From contig JBHLRO010000014.1 in assembly GCA_048882505.1 (NCBI GenBank), forward strand, positions 1 through 32,000: a stretch of DNA of 32,000 nucleotides. Direction: 5' to 3'. Below, in pieces: positions 18,801 through 30,800 of this stretch. This DNA comes from Candidatus Thorarchaeota archaeon. Its GTDB lineage: Archaea > Asgardarchaeota > Heimdallarchaeia > Hodarchaeales > Hodarchaeaceae. Within the stretch, counting starts at the first letter, position 1. Each line of letters begins with the position of its first letter. Position numbers and translations under genes: made by a program. The notes beneath the pieces are model-generated. The model worked only from the letters and a program-made list of their open reading frames with translations. It did no database searches and was not told where the DNA came from.

Positions 18801-21800
18801 CAAGGAGGTTGCATATCATTGGACGGATGAGATCCACAACTACCTCGGGGCTGTTGGACACCCCAATCAGTGGAATGTGGGCCGTAATCAGTCTTATTAT
18901 CGGTTGTATTGTACGGAGAAATTTCAACATACGGATCTGTTGCCATATCGAAATAAGTTCCATCCATAAACTTATCCATCGTCTCTGGGTTCGAATTCCA
19001 ATCCGATGTTGATCCACGGGATAAGATCTGATATGTACTTGATGTATTATTATAATCAGGCAATCCTTCATTCCATGTTCTCTGGACTTCATAATTCGAT
19101 CCAACTACATCTGATACCCAATAAACATTACTGAACTGTGAATTATTTCTCAGAAAGTCTATTGCTTCCTGTTCTGTGTTAGGGAGATCTGACATTCCTA
19201 GATTCGGAGTATATGCTGGATATAGAAAGTCTGGTACACTACCAATGTATTCAGTTGTGATAAAATCAGTGTAGTTCACCAAGGGGTTCGCTAAATCTAT
19301 GGAATACCAAGAACTACTCGTTTGATTCCATTTTTCGATGACCATATCGGCCCGCATAAATGAAAGATCAAACGCATCGATGTTTCCTGCGGCATTAAAT
19401 CGGTGTAGATCAGCTCCCGTCGAATCGGTTATATCAATGACAAACCCTGTTTCCTCTGCGTTTCCAGATTCTAGTCCATCGCCAAAACTACTAGTGGAGG
19501 AATCAATCGTGAAAGTTAATTGTAATGGACTTAGTGAGAGATAAAACTCTGATAGATCAGGTCCGTAAATTGCCTCAGACAGTGTGGAGTGGAAACCACC
19601 TGAACTGTTGGTATGAATAGTTGTATTTTTGTAGAAGATATTTTCAGTGATGTTTAATCGGTAGTAATGAGTACCTTGTGGTAGTACATTTCCGCCAAAA
19701 GCAGGGTTTGATGACACGGTTTCAAATGTGAGGTTCCTCGAAGTGTGTGAAGGAGGCGTATCTATAAGCTGGTTCCATGTATTGTTGTAAAATACCTCAT
19801 AATCTACATCGGTAACATTATGTGTTATAGTCTCGGAATAATTTTCTGGATCTACCATTTGATACTCTATTCGACCTACCTCTCCTACTGTGGCGGTGAA
19901 GTGGAGATTCGCGGTATCATTATAGGTTATCATTATATCCTCTTTATCGATAATTATGGGGAAGAGACCTTGAGTAATCCCATCGTTATCCTCGATTTCT
20001 GCAATTAAATTGTAAGTTTGCCATGGAGTTACACTCGTGTTCATGACTGTGTCGAATTTATTTTGTACAAATACTGGGTCTGGGCAGCTTTGTGGTGATG
20101 TACAACCGTCAACAAGTGTTGTATTTTCTGATACGAGGAGATCTCCGAGATCAAAGACGAAGTTGGCGTTAGCGTCAATGTATATTCGATCTAACTCATT
20201 ACCATCAATTATTGAGTTGTCTCTACTTGTCCATCCACTAGAGTTAGATACTATTAGACCATCAATCCGGCTTCCACCTAGCCCATCATGGTAATCATCG
20301 GTGTAATCAACCAATTTATCTGATTCTGTTTGGATATCCAATGTATCAATCGGACTAGTTAAATGGAAAGGATCAATAACATTGTCCCAGACATCTATAT
20401 AAGGATCTAAAGGATCTAATAAATCCGTATTCAGTGAAGGAAGCATTAACGAAGCTTCCTCGGTATCGGTGAACGCATCACCATCCGAGTTGGAGTCGAT
20501 AGCATTTTCAAATCCATCATTATCTGTATCGAGAGCATAATTTTCCTTTGTTGGAATGTCACGATAAAAGATAGTGTGAGTGCCCTCGGTGAGACTATAC
20601 AAGGGAGATGGGAAACCATCTCGAATAGTATCGCCATCGGGATCAATCTTAGTTGAGTAATGATCAATGTCCGCTAAGAAGGATTCCCAGCCAAATGAAT
20701 CGGATGCGGTGCTATAATAGGATCGATATTTCTTGACGTGGACTTGATAGAACCAATATATGTCATCGAACATGAAGAGATATTCTTCATTGGGGTTACT
20801 TTGGAACCAATTGTACACATCGGTCTCTGAGTAATACCAAGGCGAATTAAATCGGGGGAAGAGTAAATTTGGACTTCGACCAACGTAGGTCCAGAAGGGT
20901 TCCCAACCAATGATTTCAACGACTTCGTAAGAATCTGGTGCTGTTGCCATATTCCATTCATATGCAACATCAACACCAAACTCCCTGATTAAATCGGGTT
21001 TACTCCAAAATGCTGGGGTGTAGGCAGTTACTTCTACTCCTAATGTTCCCATTGGTCGGGTTACTTTATATTGGTAGGTCCAGCCATATTCCGAATTAAC
21101 AGGAACCAGCCATCCGAAGAAAACATGACTCTCATTTTCATTTCCTGCCGTTTCCAACCAAGTAATCGCATCATTGACTCCAGTCATTTTATCTGTGTAT
21201 ATTTGTCCTAAATGAGGATCGTCCTGCATTCCCGCGTAACAGTCAGTGTAGGGGAAGGACATGTCATAACATTTCCAGCTTTTTGTAGCAGTCCATGTAT
21301 ATGTACTGCCCGAGTAATAGTAGGTATTTGCTGGATTTTTCTCTCCAAACATGGTGATTCCATCGGTTAAGAAATCGTTGTCATAATTCGGAGAGAGGGC
21401 ATATGAAATCATACCACTTGGTCTTGTGCCCTTAATAAATTTATAATCCACTGCCTCTTGCTTGTCTTGGAAGGTAGGATCGGGATCATAGGGGAATGGA
21501 TATTCGTCGTGGATGGCCTTATAGTCAAGACGATATCGGGATAGAGCATTCCAGGACCCATTTAATGTTCCGTATTCTGGATCGGGATGTGTAAACTCTC
21601 CATCCCAAGTTACGAATCCACCTTCAGTACCATAACGATACTCTACTGGCCAAAGCTCTACATCTGAATATACCGACTCCCACATTACTTTTGGACTTGT
21701 ATTGAGGATATCAGCTACTGTGGCGTCACTCTGAATTATATCCCAGTTGGTTCCCCAAATGACGGGCACATCATTTAGATCTACACCAAATATCTCTAAT

Positions 21801-24800
21801 TCTTGGGTCGGTTTATGATTCGCCAAGGCGTTACTATCAAAGTTTTCATTCATCCAACTATTGGTTCCCTCAACATAATTCGCATGGTATTCTGGTAACC
21901 AATCATTCCACCAAGGAGCAATGAATTTAATATCCTGATAACTGCGACTTGATAGTTCGTTTCGTCCATAACCAGTACGTTCTCCTAAATCAGTATTTCT
22001 CTCGATCCAGAAGAAATTAGCCATTGTAACCTGCATTGATAAAGATGGGGCGAATCCCATAAGCATTGGATCAACTTGGTAGGTGTTAGCAGGGTCGTTA
22101 AGCCAATCAAGGTAATAATAGTATTGGGCGGTATTAATATAACTACCAGAGGGAACATACACGTCTGCTCCGAAGGCGGTGAGGTTTACAGCTCCAGCCA
22201 GGCGCCCGTTTGGGAATGGTTCGTATAGATAAAGGAGGAAGGCATCATCATCACTATCTGTCTTCCAGGGGTTTGTTTTAACGAAGGAATGATTGAATGC
22301 ATAAGTACTACCATCGATATCAAACAGATAATCATCTACCGTAGCATTGTACTCGTATTGGTTATCTCTTATACGCCCAAAGGGATCAATGTCTCCTTCC
22401 GATAACCTAGTGGTTCTCATGACATGGAAGAAGTCAGAAACTGTTTCATTTCCGAGTATGAATTCTTTCACCCAATAGACGTAATCATCTTGAGGATTGC
22501 CCTCCAGGTAGATTACGGACTCACTAATACTATGGGCGACCCCACCGAAGGGTAGGTAGGTATCTAGTCCGTAGTAGTAAGTGTCGTTATACATCCATTG
22601 ACTATCAAATAGACTATACATGGTTCCTCCAGAGTTGAATACAACCTCTCCAATGTATCCATTATTGTTGAAGTCTACCCATGCACCTGTAGAACCGTTC
22701 CAATTCCATGTCATGTATTTGTTTTGAGGATCTCGCCATACAGGCACCTTTTCCATCACATAGACGTCGAAAGTAGTGACATTATTTCCGGGATCTACCG
22801 CACTAGTCCAATATACAGTATCTTGGGTCTCAAGATCATCCAAATAAGTATATGCATCTCCGCTTGTCTTATTAAATCCTAAGTTTGGAATAGCCCAGTA
22901 GAGATAACTGCTTTTATTCATTGTATCAAAGAAACTGGGTTCGAGGTACCACTCTTGGTATGTGAGAACGGTATGACCAATTTCCTCTCCGTCTAAAAGT
23001 CCGTCGAAGTCACTATCCCGATTCAACGGGTCAGTTCGTGGTTCTTCAATAACTACTTCTTCGGTGTGATAAACCGTAAAGGTAGTAACTGTGTCATTTG
23101 GATCAACCTCGTTTGTCCAATACACAAAAGTTTCATTATTTGTAAGTAGCCAATCTCTTGCATCGTTGAAAGTTTGTTCAAAGAGACCGATGCTATTGGG
23201 TAAACCAAGATAGGTTGTTTTATTTAACTCACCATAATTCGTTGTATTATATTGAGGCATTTGGAAGATATACATCCCATTCGCTTCGGTATAGTCATCT
23301 AAGAAGTCTTGATCAGTATCGAAATGAAGAGGATTTGTTCCTTCCCAGAATTCTCGACCATCGTAAAGACCGTCCTTATCACTATCTCGTAGATGGAGAT
23401 CGGAATATACGGGGAGGAATCGTTCGTCTATTGTTGCAAGGACATCGACACCAACACTCCAATCGCCTCTTGCAGAGACTACAATTTTTTGGACGGCATA
23501 GATCGGCTCTGCCTCAAAGCTGTTGTAATGAATATCCGCTTCAAATGAAAATCTAATGGCCTTAATCGGTGGTGACCACTTATCGTCTAGTCTTCCTGTC
23601 CAAGAGTTGTTCGCCCAAGTATAACTAGAAGAGTTTGTAACCCAGTCAATTGAAGTAGAATCGAAACTGTATGTTCCAAGGAGCGTTGGGCTGTCATCGG
23701 TGTGAATCAGTGCGACCTCGTATCCTGTTCCATTGTTGAAGGTGTCTTGATCTACCCGATACTCCCACGAGATGGTTACAGGATACTGATATGTTGTAAG
23801 AGTATAATCCCACCATGGAGTAATAATGATGCTACTGTTGAATGGAAGTTCGACATATGAATCACTATGTACAGATCCTCGAATAGCTTGGTCATTCCAA
23901 GCATCCAACCAAATTTGTTGTTGGTAGTCCTTTCCTTTGAGACCTGCCCAATACCATGGCCAGGAAACTGTACGTTCACCAACAATTCCTCCAGAGAAGG
24001 ATTCGTTGACATACTCTGCATTCCCACGAACTGTTCCATCTGCCTTCAGTAATCCTATTTCCTTAAAGTCCGATAGAAGATCGTTATCGGTGTCGTACAT
24101 AAGAGGAGACGTGAGGAAAATGTTCAATTCTTCTCCGTCGTTGATGTGATCGCCGTTATATTCACCATCAGGTTGTTCATCAGTGTACGTTTCACCAACA
24201 TCAAAAATACCATTCCCATTGGTATCATCGAACCATTCGGAGTCGGTGTCTGCATCGGTTGGGTCAGTCACTCGAACATTGGCAGGACAACCACCACAAG
24301 TCCAGTAGGTGTCAGTCAAGTTTGTATAAGGATTAACTCCACGAGGATCAATCCCAAAGGACTGATTATCAGAATATGCATAAACCAAGGCGCGCCAATC
24401 ATCGGGGAACGGATTGTCCTCAAGACGGATGTAAGGCGTACTAACTTCGGAGGCATCCGATAATCCATCATCATCGGTGTCGGATTTACTATTATCTGTG
24501 TTCCAGATACGCTCTCTGACGTCAAGTAAAGAATCACCATCTGTATCAGACTTCAATGGAGAAGACCATGAACCTATGCCTGTGTCAGGGCGGATCGTTC
24601 CATTGGAGAAGAATATTTCCTCAAAGTCAGTCAGGAAATCGGAATCGGTATCCATGTCACGAGGATTAGTGACATCACCGACTGCGGGCATATAGATGGT
24701 CTTAATACCTTCGATCGGCCCAGTCTGATTTTGTAATTGCCCAACATCCCAGGTATGCCCTGTAATGCCGTCAAAATCAAGGTAATCGGTTCCTGGGATG

Positions 24801-27800
24801 TTGACCACGCCATAGACTTCATGGGCGTCGGACATGTTATCGTTATCTGAGTCAGCATCCCACCAGAACGGTCGGTTGCACGTAGTACAGGAATAACCAG
24901 GTTCTGCGGGATGACCATAACTGTCTAGGTCTGGTGGGAGATAGTAGGTATAACTGGCATTATAGCCGCCAACGATGGATCCATTGTCGTAGGCGGGCGG
25001 TGTTAAGAGATATCCCAAGGGCCATCCTGAGAGGGTCGAATAGGTGACTTTGCCTGCATTAATAATCCCCAAACTGTCTCCTGTCAAGCTAACGGGACTA
25101 TTCAGGAAGAGATACCCCACCTGTTCTCTCAGATGAACCACAGGGGCCACCTGGTAGGTCATGTTCATGGTAATGGAGTCAATCATGACCAGCTCGGTTG
25201 TCGAGGTGTTGAGCCTGATCCGCATTTCCTCGGTGAACGTACTGGAATCACGGGAGGTTAAGGTAAAGTTATACAATGTTGGGGTAGTATCAATCGATAC
25301 GATACTTCCTGTCCAGTTCTCATACCCACTTTGGCCATGATTCGGTAGGGTTTCGTCCCAGAAATAAACACCGACATCAGCGGTATTCTGATAGGTCCAC
25401 ATGGCCACTTGGGCTGTGAAATTGATCGAAGTAACATTGGATGGTGGAAGGGAGTCATGGAAATTAAAATTCCAGAAAATGCCATCGGTGGGCCCTCGAG
25501 TGTATGCCACCATGTCACTGAAACGGACATACTGGCCGTTATGAAGGATCTTATTTTCTATCTGGAAATTATCCAGGTATGCCTCGGTACCGAGACCCTC
25601 TTCAGGAGTTTCTAAAATAAACAAGTCAGGAAGTACGATCACACCAGAACTACTGACAGAGGCTAAGGTGCCACTGGTATTCACTATATTAACCGTTAAG
25701 GTGTAGTTTCCATCGGGTTGCAGATCAATCAAGTTATAATTGAGGGTAAAGTTGTACCAGGAATTAGTGCCGATAGAGATTCCATCATAGAACAGAGTCT
25801 CATTCTCGTATAGTCCTGGCCCTCGGATGTAAACGGATCCGTTTTTATAGATATTTAATCGTACCGAATCATTTTGCCAGTACCCGCTAGCTAACCGAAG
25901 TTGAATTGATTGGTTGTCCCACCCAGTCAGACTCTGGACTGATAGACCAAAACTATAGGTCATATTATCCAACGGTTGGGGGATGGCGCCAGGGGGTAAG
26001 TGAAGGCTAGCATAAGTCGAGGAGGCGGTACTGGAATTAGCGCTATAGGTATAATACGAAACTTGGGAGGTGAGGTAATCCAGTGTCACAATGTTTGGTG
26101 AATCTACGGTGAAATTCACAGCCAAGTTGTTGATGTCGAGATAATCATCAATGCTTTGGGTGATGGTGAAGTTCTGGTAGACTGAATCCACGCTCACGAC
26201 ATATGGAGTAGACCAGTTACCATTGGAAACGTCATAGGTACTCACATTCACACTGAGGGGATTAGTACTAGTGTACCCAACTGCTTCCATCCCAAAGGCT
26301 AACTGAAGATTCATATTCTCGGCACTTGCGGGAATATTATGATTGAAGGAATCCCAGACTCCACTCGCCAGTCCTTTTGCCATGACAATTCCATATTCCT
26401 TAACCTGAACATCCGTGAATGCATCCAGGAAGATTCGTGATTTTCCTTCATAACTTGTTTGAATGGTAAGATTGGTCGGTATGGAGGTGACATTAAGCTG
26501 GGTTACCACGAAGTCGTCGTAATAGAGCGTGAGGGTATCATTGGCCATTCGTGTGTCGAATGTTAGTCTGAATGAATGCCACACATCTTGGTAAGAGGTC
26601 TGGGGAACACTGACCGACGAATTCAAACTGGAACTGGTGACATTAATGAGAGTTGGCCGAAGAGTCAATGCTAAGACATCCTCGACTGTGTTGTTGAAAC
26701 TGAATTTCACATACCCATCATGGCTCAATTCTTCCAAGTAAAAGAAGATGTCAAAGTACTGAACCTCATTAGGAGCTATGGTAGGTAAGACATATCCCAT
26801 ATTTTCAGTTCGCAATGGGACATACCGAACACTACTATCTATAGAGTCGATATAGACGTAATTTGTATTCCCATTCAATGAAAGACTGATGTTTAGACTA
26901 TTGATATCCTGATAATCGGAGATGGGGATCCCAGTCAAGGTGTAGTTGACTAATGAACCAGTTAAGGGTATGACCCCTACAGGTATCCATGTGGAACTTG
27001 ACACATCCCAGACAGATGCGTTGATCAGGCTACTTCCTGTGCCATTCCACTCGAATGCACCAATGGTGAGATCCAGCTCGATGGCTGTGGCATTACTAGG
27101 AAGATTGTAACCAAAACCACTCCACGAACCATTAATGGTACCAATGCCTTTGGCGACACCTTGGTAGAGACTTCGGGTTTCATTGAATTGGTCAATGAAG
27201 ATTACTGTTCCAGTCTGGTTATTGGTCTCAATATAGACATGTTCAGGGACAATTGGATTGGTAGAAGTTCGATTAATCATTTGATCTATGGTGAGGGCCA
27301 AGGTTGGCGTCATGGTTCGATTATTATACACTAATCTCAGATTGTGCCATGTGTCTAGAGATAAAGTGCCTAACTGTTCTGTGGTAAAACCTGCGCCTGA
27401 TAGTGTCATGTTACCAAAATCAGATATGCACAGAACCATAGAGTTTCCTGCTGTACTATTGAATCGATAGACAACAGCGTCTGATCCATTTAATGAATCT
27501 AAATAGAAGAAAAATTCGAATGTTCGATATTCATCATGGTCGAATGTAGATATTGATTTGTCAAGTGTCACTTGTGTAGTATTTCCTGTTCGTAGAATGA
27601 CCGCATCAATATCCCATGATCCCTGACTAGTATCAGAGCTGGGTATCCCATCTCTGAATCGCACATAGAAATCAGGGCTGTCAAGATAACTACTGACCGA
27701 TACATTCGACCAAGCGTTGGCATTTAAATCGGTCAGCACATTCGTCCAACCGCCGCCATACCAGACGTCTACCAAGATCTGTTCAGTATCCAATGCCCCT

Positions 27801-30800
27801 GCATAAATTGCGAGCTCTTCCAGCTCTGAATTGAAGGCACTGTTTGTAAAATGTATTTCCATATCAAGTTCGTAATTCCCTACAATTGTGGTCGTGGGCC
27901 ATTGGATGACATCGAAGCCTATGCGGTATTCTTGGCCTGAATCGGAAGTAGTTTTCGTGGCTTGATTTGCCCCCGTAATTCGAAAATTGACACTTCCACG
28001 CGGGTAGGCCGTCCCTGAACCATCAGAACTTACCACTTCTCCAAAAACACTGGAACTATTTACATTAAAGTTATTAGAAAGAGTAGTTGTAGAGACTCGT
28101 TCCTCAGTACCTCCATTATCCTCGTAATGGGCCACATGTTCCACGAACATGGAGCTAGCCGTGCTTTCTATAAGCCAAACCACGTGATATTTAAGACTGG
28201 CCCCAGAGGAGGTGCGACGTCGGATAGTGAGATCGGTAGTGCTGGTAGTTATTTCCACGTTTTCACCAGAGTCATCTAGTCCCTGATTACCGCCATTTTC
28301 ATTCCGGTATTGGGCATGGAGGAACGCCTTCGAAGCATTCAACAGGGGCGAGGCAATCGGATAGATTCCACTATTCTCTGTGGCACTACTGGTCCACGGC
28401 GAGGCACCCGCATCTGCGGAAGTAAATGCGATCCGTTGGACGGGGCGCCAGTTACTCCCCGTGAATTCTACAGTCGCCCATGAAACATACCCCGTATCTT
28501 GTGCACGACCCCGAGTCAGGAGTGGATCCCAATTTGGCCCATTAGCAACCAGTTCCGCGGTGAATTGCGCTGCGCCCCAGACAGAACGGCCAGTGTAACT
28601 AGAGGATTGGCCTGTGACAAAGATGGCCACTTGGTTGTTGTCACCGATCGTGGTAACGGTAGGACCTATGACCGTAGTCCCAGTGGTTAACCCCGCGGAT
28701 GCCTGGTGGACAATAAATTCGTTACTACCTCCTGGACTACCAATGTATTGGATAATCTCCCAATCCAACCTGTTGTCGTTGGAAGTCCCCACACGACTGA
28801 GGGTGACTGAGTTCTCGATATTCGCGGGATCAGTAATGTATACTGTAAAATCATCGATGTACTGACTGCCACCTCCCGATGTCCGACCCATTCCCGTCAG
28901 ACGACTGTTCGTTATACGGATAAACGAAGTACTGCTCGTGACCCCTGAATCGAGCAAATAATCTACACCTTCGGTTAGTGTAATGGAGGTGCTACCTGCG
29001 GGAAGTATCGATGACCCTCGAATGACTTTGAAATCATCATAGACGCCTGGAATCCCAGTTGTACTCTCTTCAATCATGGTATCATTAAGACCGTCAAGAT
29101 TTCGAAGTAAGTTAAAATCGCTGTGGTTTCCAACGTCTGCTACCCCATCCACATCTGATAACATATCGACGTAATCCTCTGGGATGCCTCCCCCAAATGA
29201 AAGTATAGCACTTTCAATCATGGCAGAGAAACTCCCTACGTAAGCTATCGTGCTATTCCGAACAATATAAGTCGGATCTGAAACATTCCAATCTGCAAAT
29301 GGATACGTTTCGAATCCTGGATCGGCCAGTAGGTTGGTATTCAACTCTTGATAATCCGCCGAGTAAACAGCCTCGGGGGAAATCCAACCGTTATTCACAC
29401 CCACGGTCGATGGACTGCCTAGCTGTGTCAGGGTTATGAGGAAGTCAGTAAGTCGAGCAGAGTAGTTACCTGCATAATAGATGCTATCATTTTGTGTAAC
29501 ATAGACCCCATCAGAAATCGTCCAATTAGTGAATGGGAGTTGTTCGAAGGTTTCATTCAACAACAAAGAATTGATATAGTTGTAGTCTGCGCGATCCAGT
29601 GTGGCATCCGAGGTATTGAACCAGTCACCCGTTCCCATTAACGAGGGACTTGAAGATTCTTGGGTGAAGGAGGGGACCTGTAGACTATCGTTGATGGAAA
29701 GCGAGTAATTCCCCCCTTGACTGTAACTACTATAACCAATGCTTGATCCTTCCAAGGCCTGACTTATCCAGGGGGATTTGTACCCTTCAAATCCTGAAAA
29801 GAGTACCACAAGACTTTCGTTAATCCAATCAGTCGATGTGAAATCGCGCACGGTAACTAGGCCAGTCTGCGTCCAGGTGTCGTTGGCCATTTGGGTATAG
29901 AAGGCAGGCGTGTTATTCATCGAGTAGATTTCCGCAATACTGCCGTCGAGTTCAGATTCCTTAATTATTGTGGAAGTGCTAGTTGCCGTTGTGTTATATT
30001 GGAGGAGCAGTGCGCCAGCTTGATCTCGCTTTGTTTGAATCTGAGTGAACACTAATGGGCGTGCGCGGCTACGATCAAAATGGACTTCGACCCAATCTTG
30101 ATACATCCACACCCCGTCAATCCGGTTAGTATGCCCCATGGTGAAGCTAGCCGCATTGAAGGCCCCAGTGGATGCAACAGCAACATACCCAATAGTTTCG
30201 ACCCTATTATGCGTAACGTGATTATCTTCCTCAATGAAGACACCTTGCATAGCTGATCGTGATACATCGTTAAATCTTACCCAGGACGGGGAGGTGCTGT
30301 TCCTAGTTTGAAGTTGGGCCACAACGACTGGTTGACTGACAAAATTAGTGTTGAAGGCGTGATCATAGGCCCCCGTTCCGTTGTGAGTGTAAGATCCTAC
30401 CTCTATATCTAATCCCGCTACAGAGTAATTTCCAGGTTTAAAGGCCACCCATTCGACGAGCTCATCAAATGCGGGGGCTGAGGCATTGATACCTTCGATT
30501 TTCATCTCAAAACTTGCGGCTGTCACATTTGTGATGGCGACATATTCTCCTTGACTATCTTTGTCTGCTGCGGACTTCTTCTTAATCGAGGCCAAAATAA
30601 CTGGAATGTAGGCCAAGGTATAGGGAAAGATCACCCGCAACCAGGTATCATAGGGCACCATATCCACGGCGCCAGCGGCGCCGAAAATTTCGTCTGAACT
30701 GGGGGTAAACACTCCGTTTATTGAGAATTCAGGTTTGCCATCGAAATTGGTATCATGCCCGAATCGGATATAGCCAGTAATCTCCTCATAATCGGTTACT

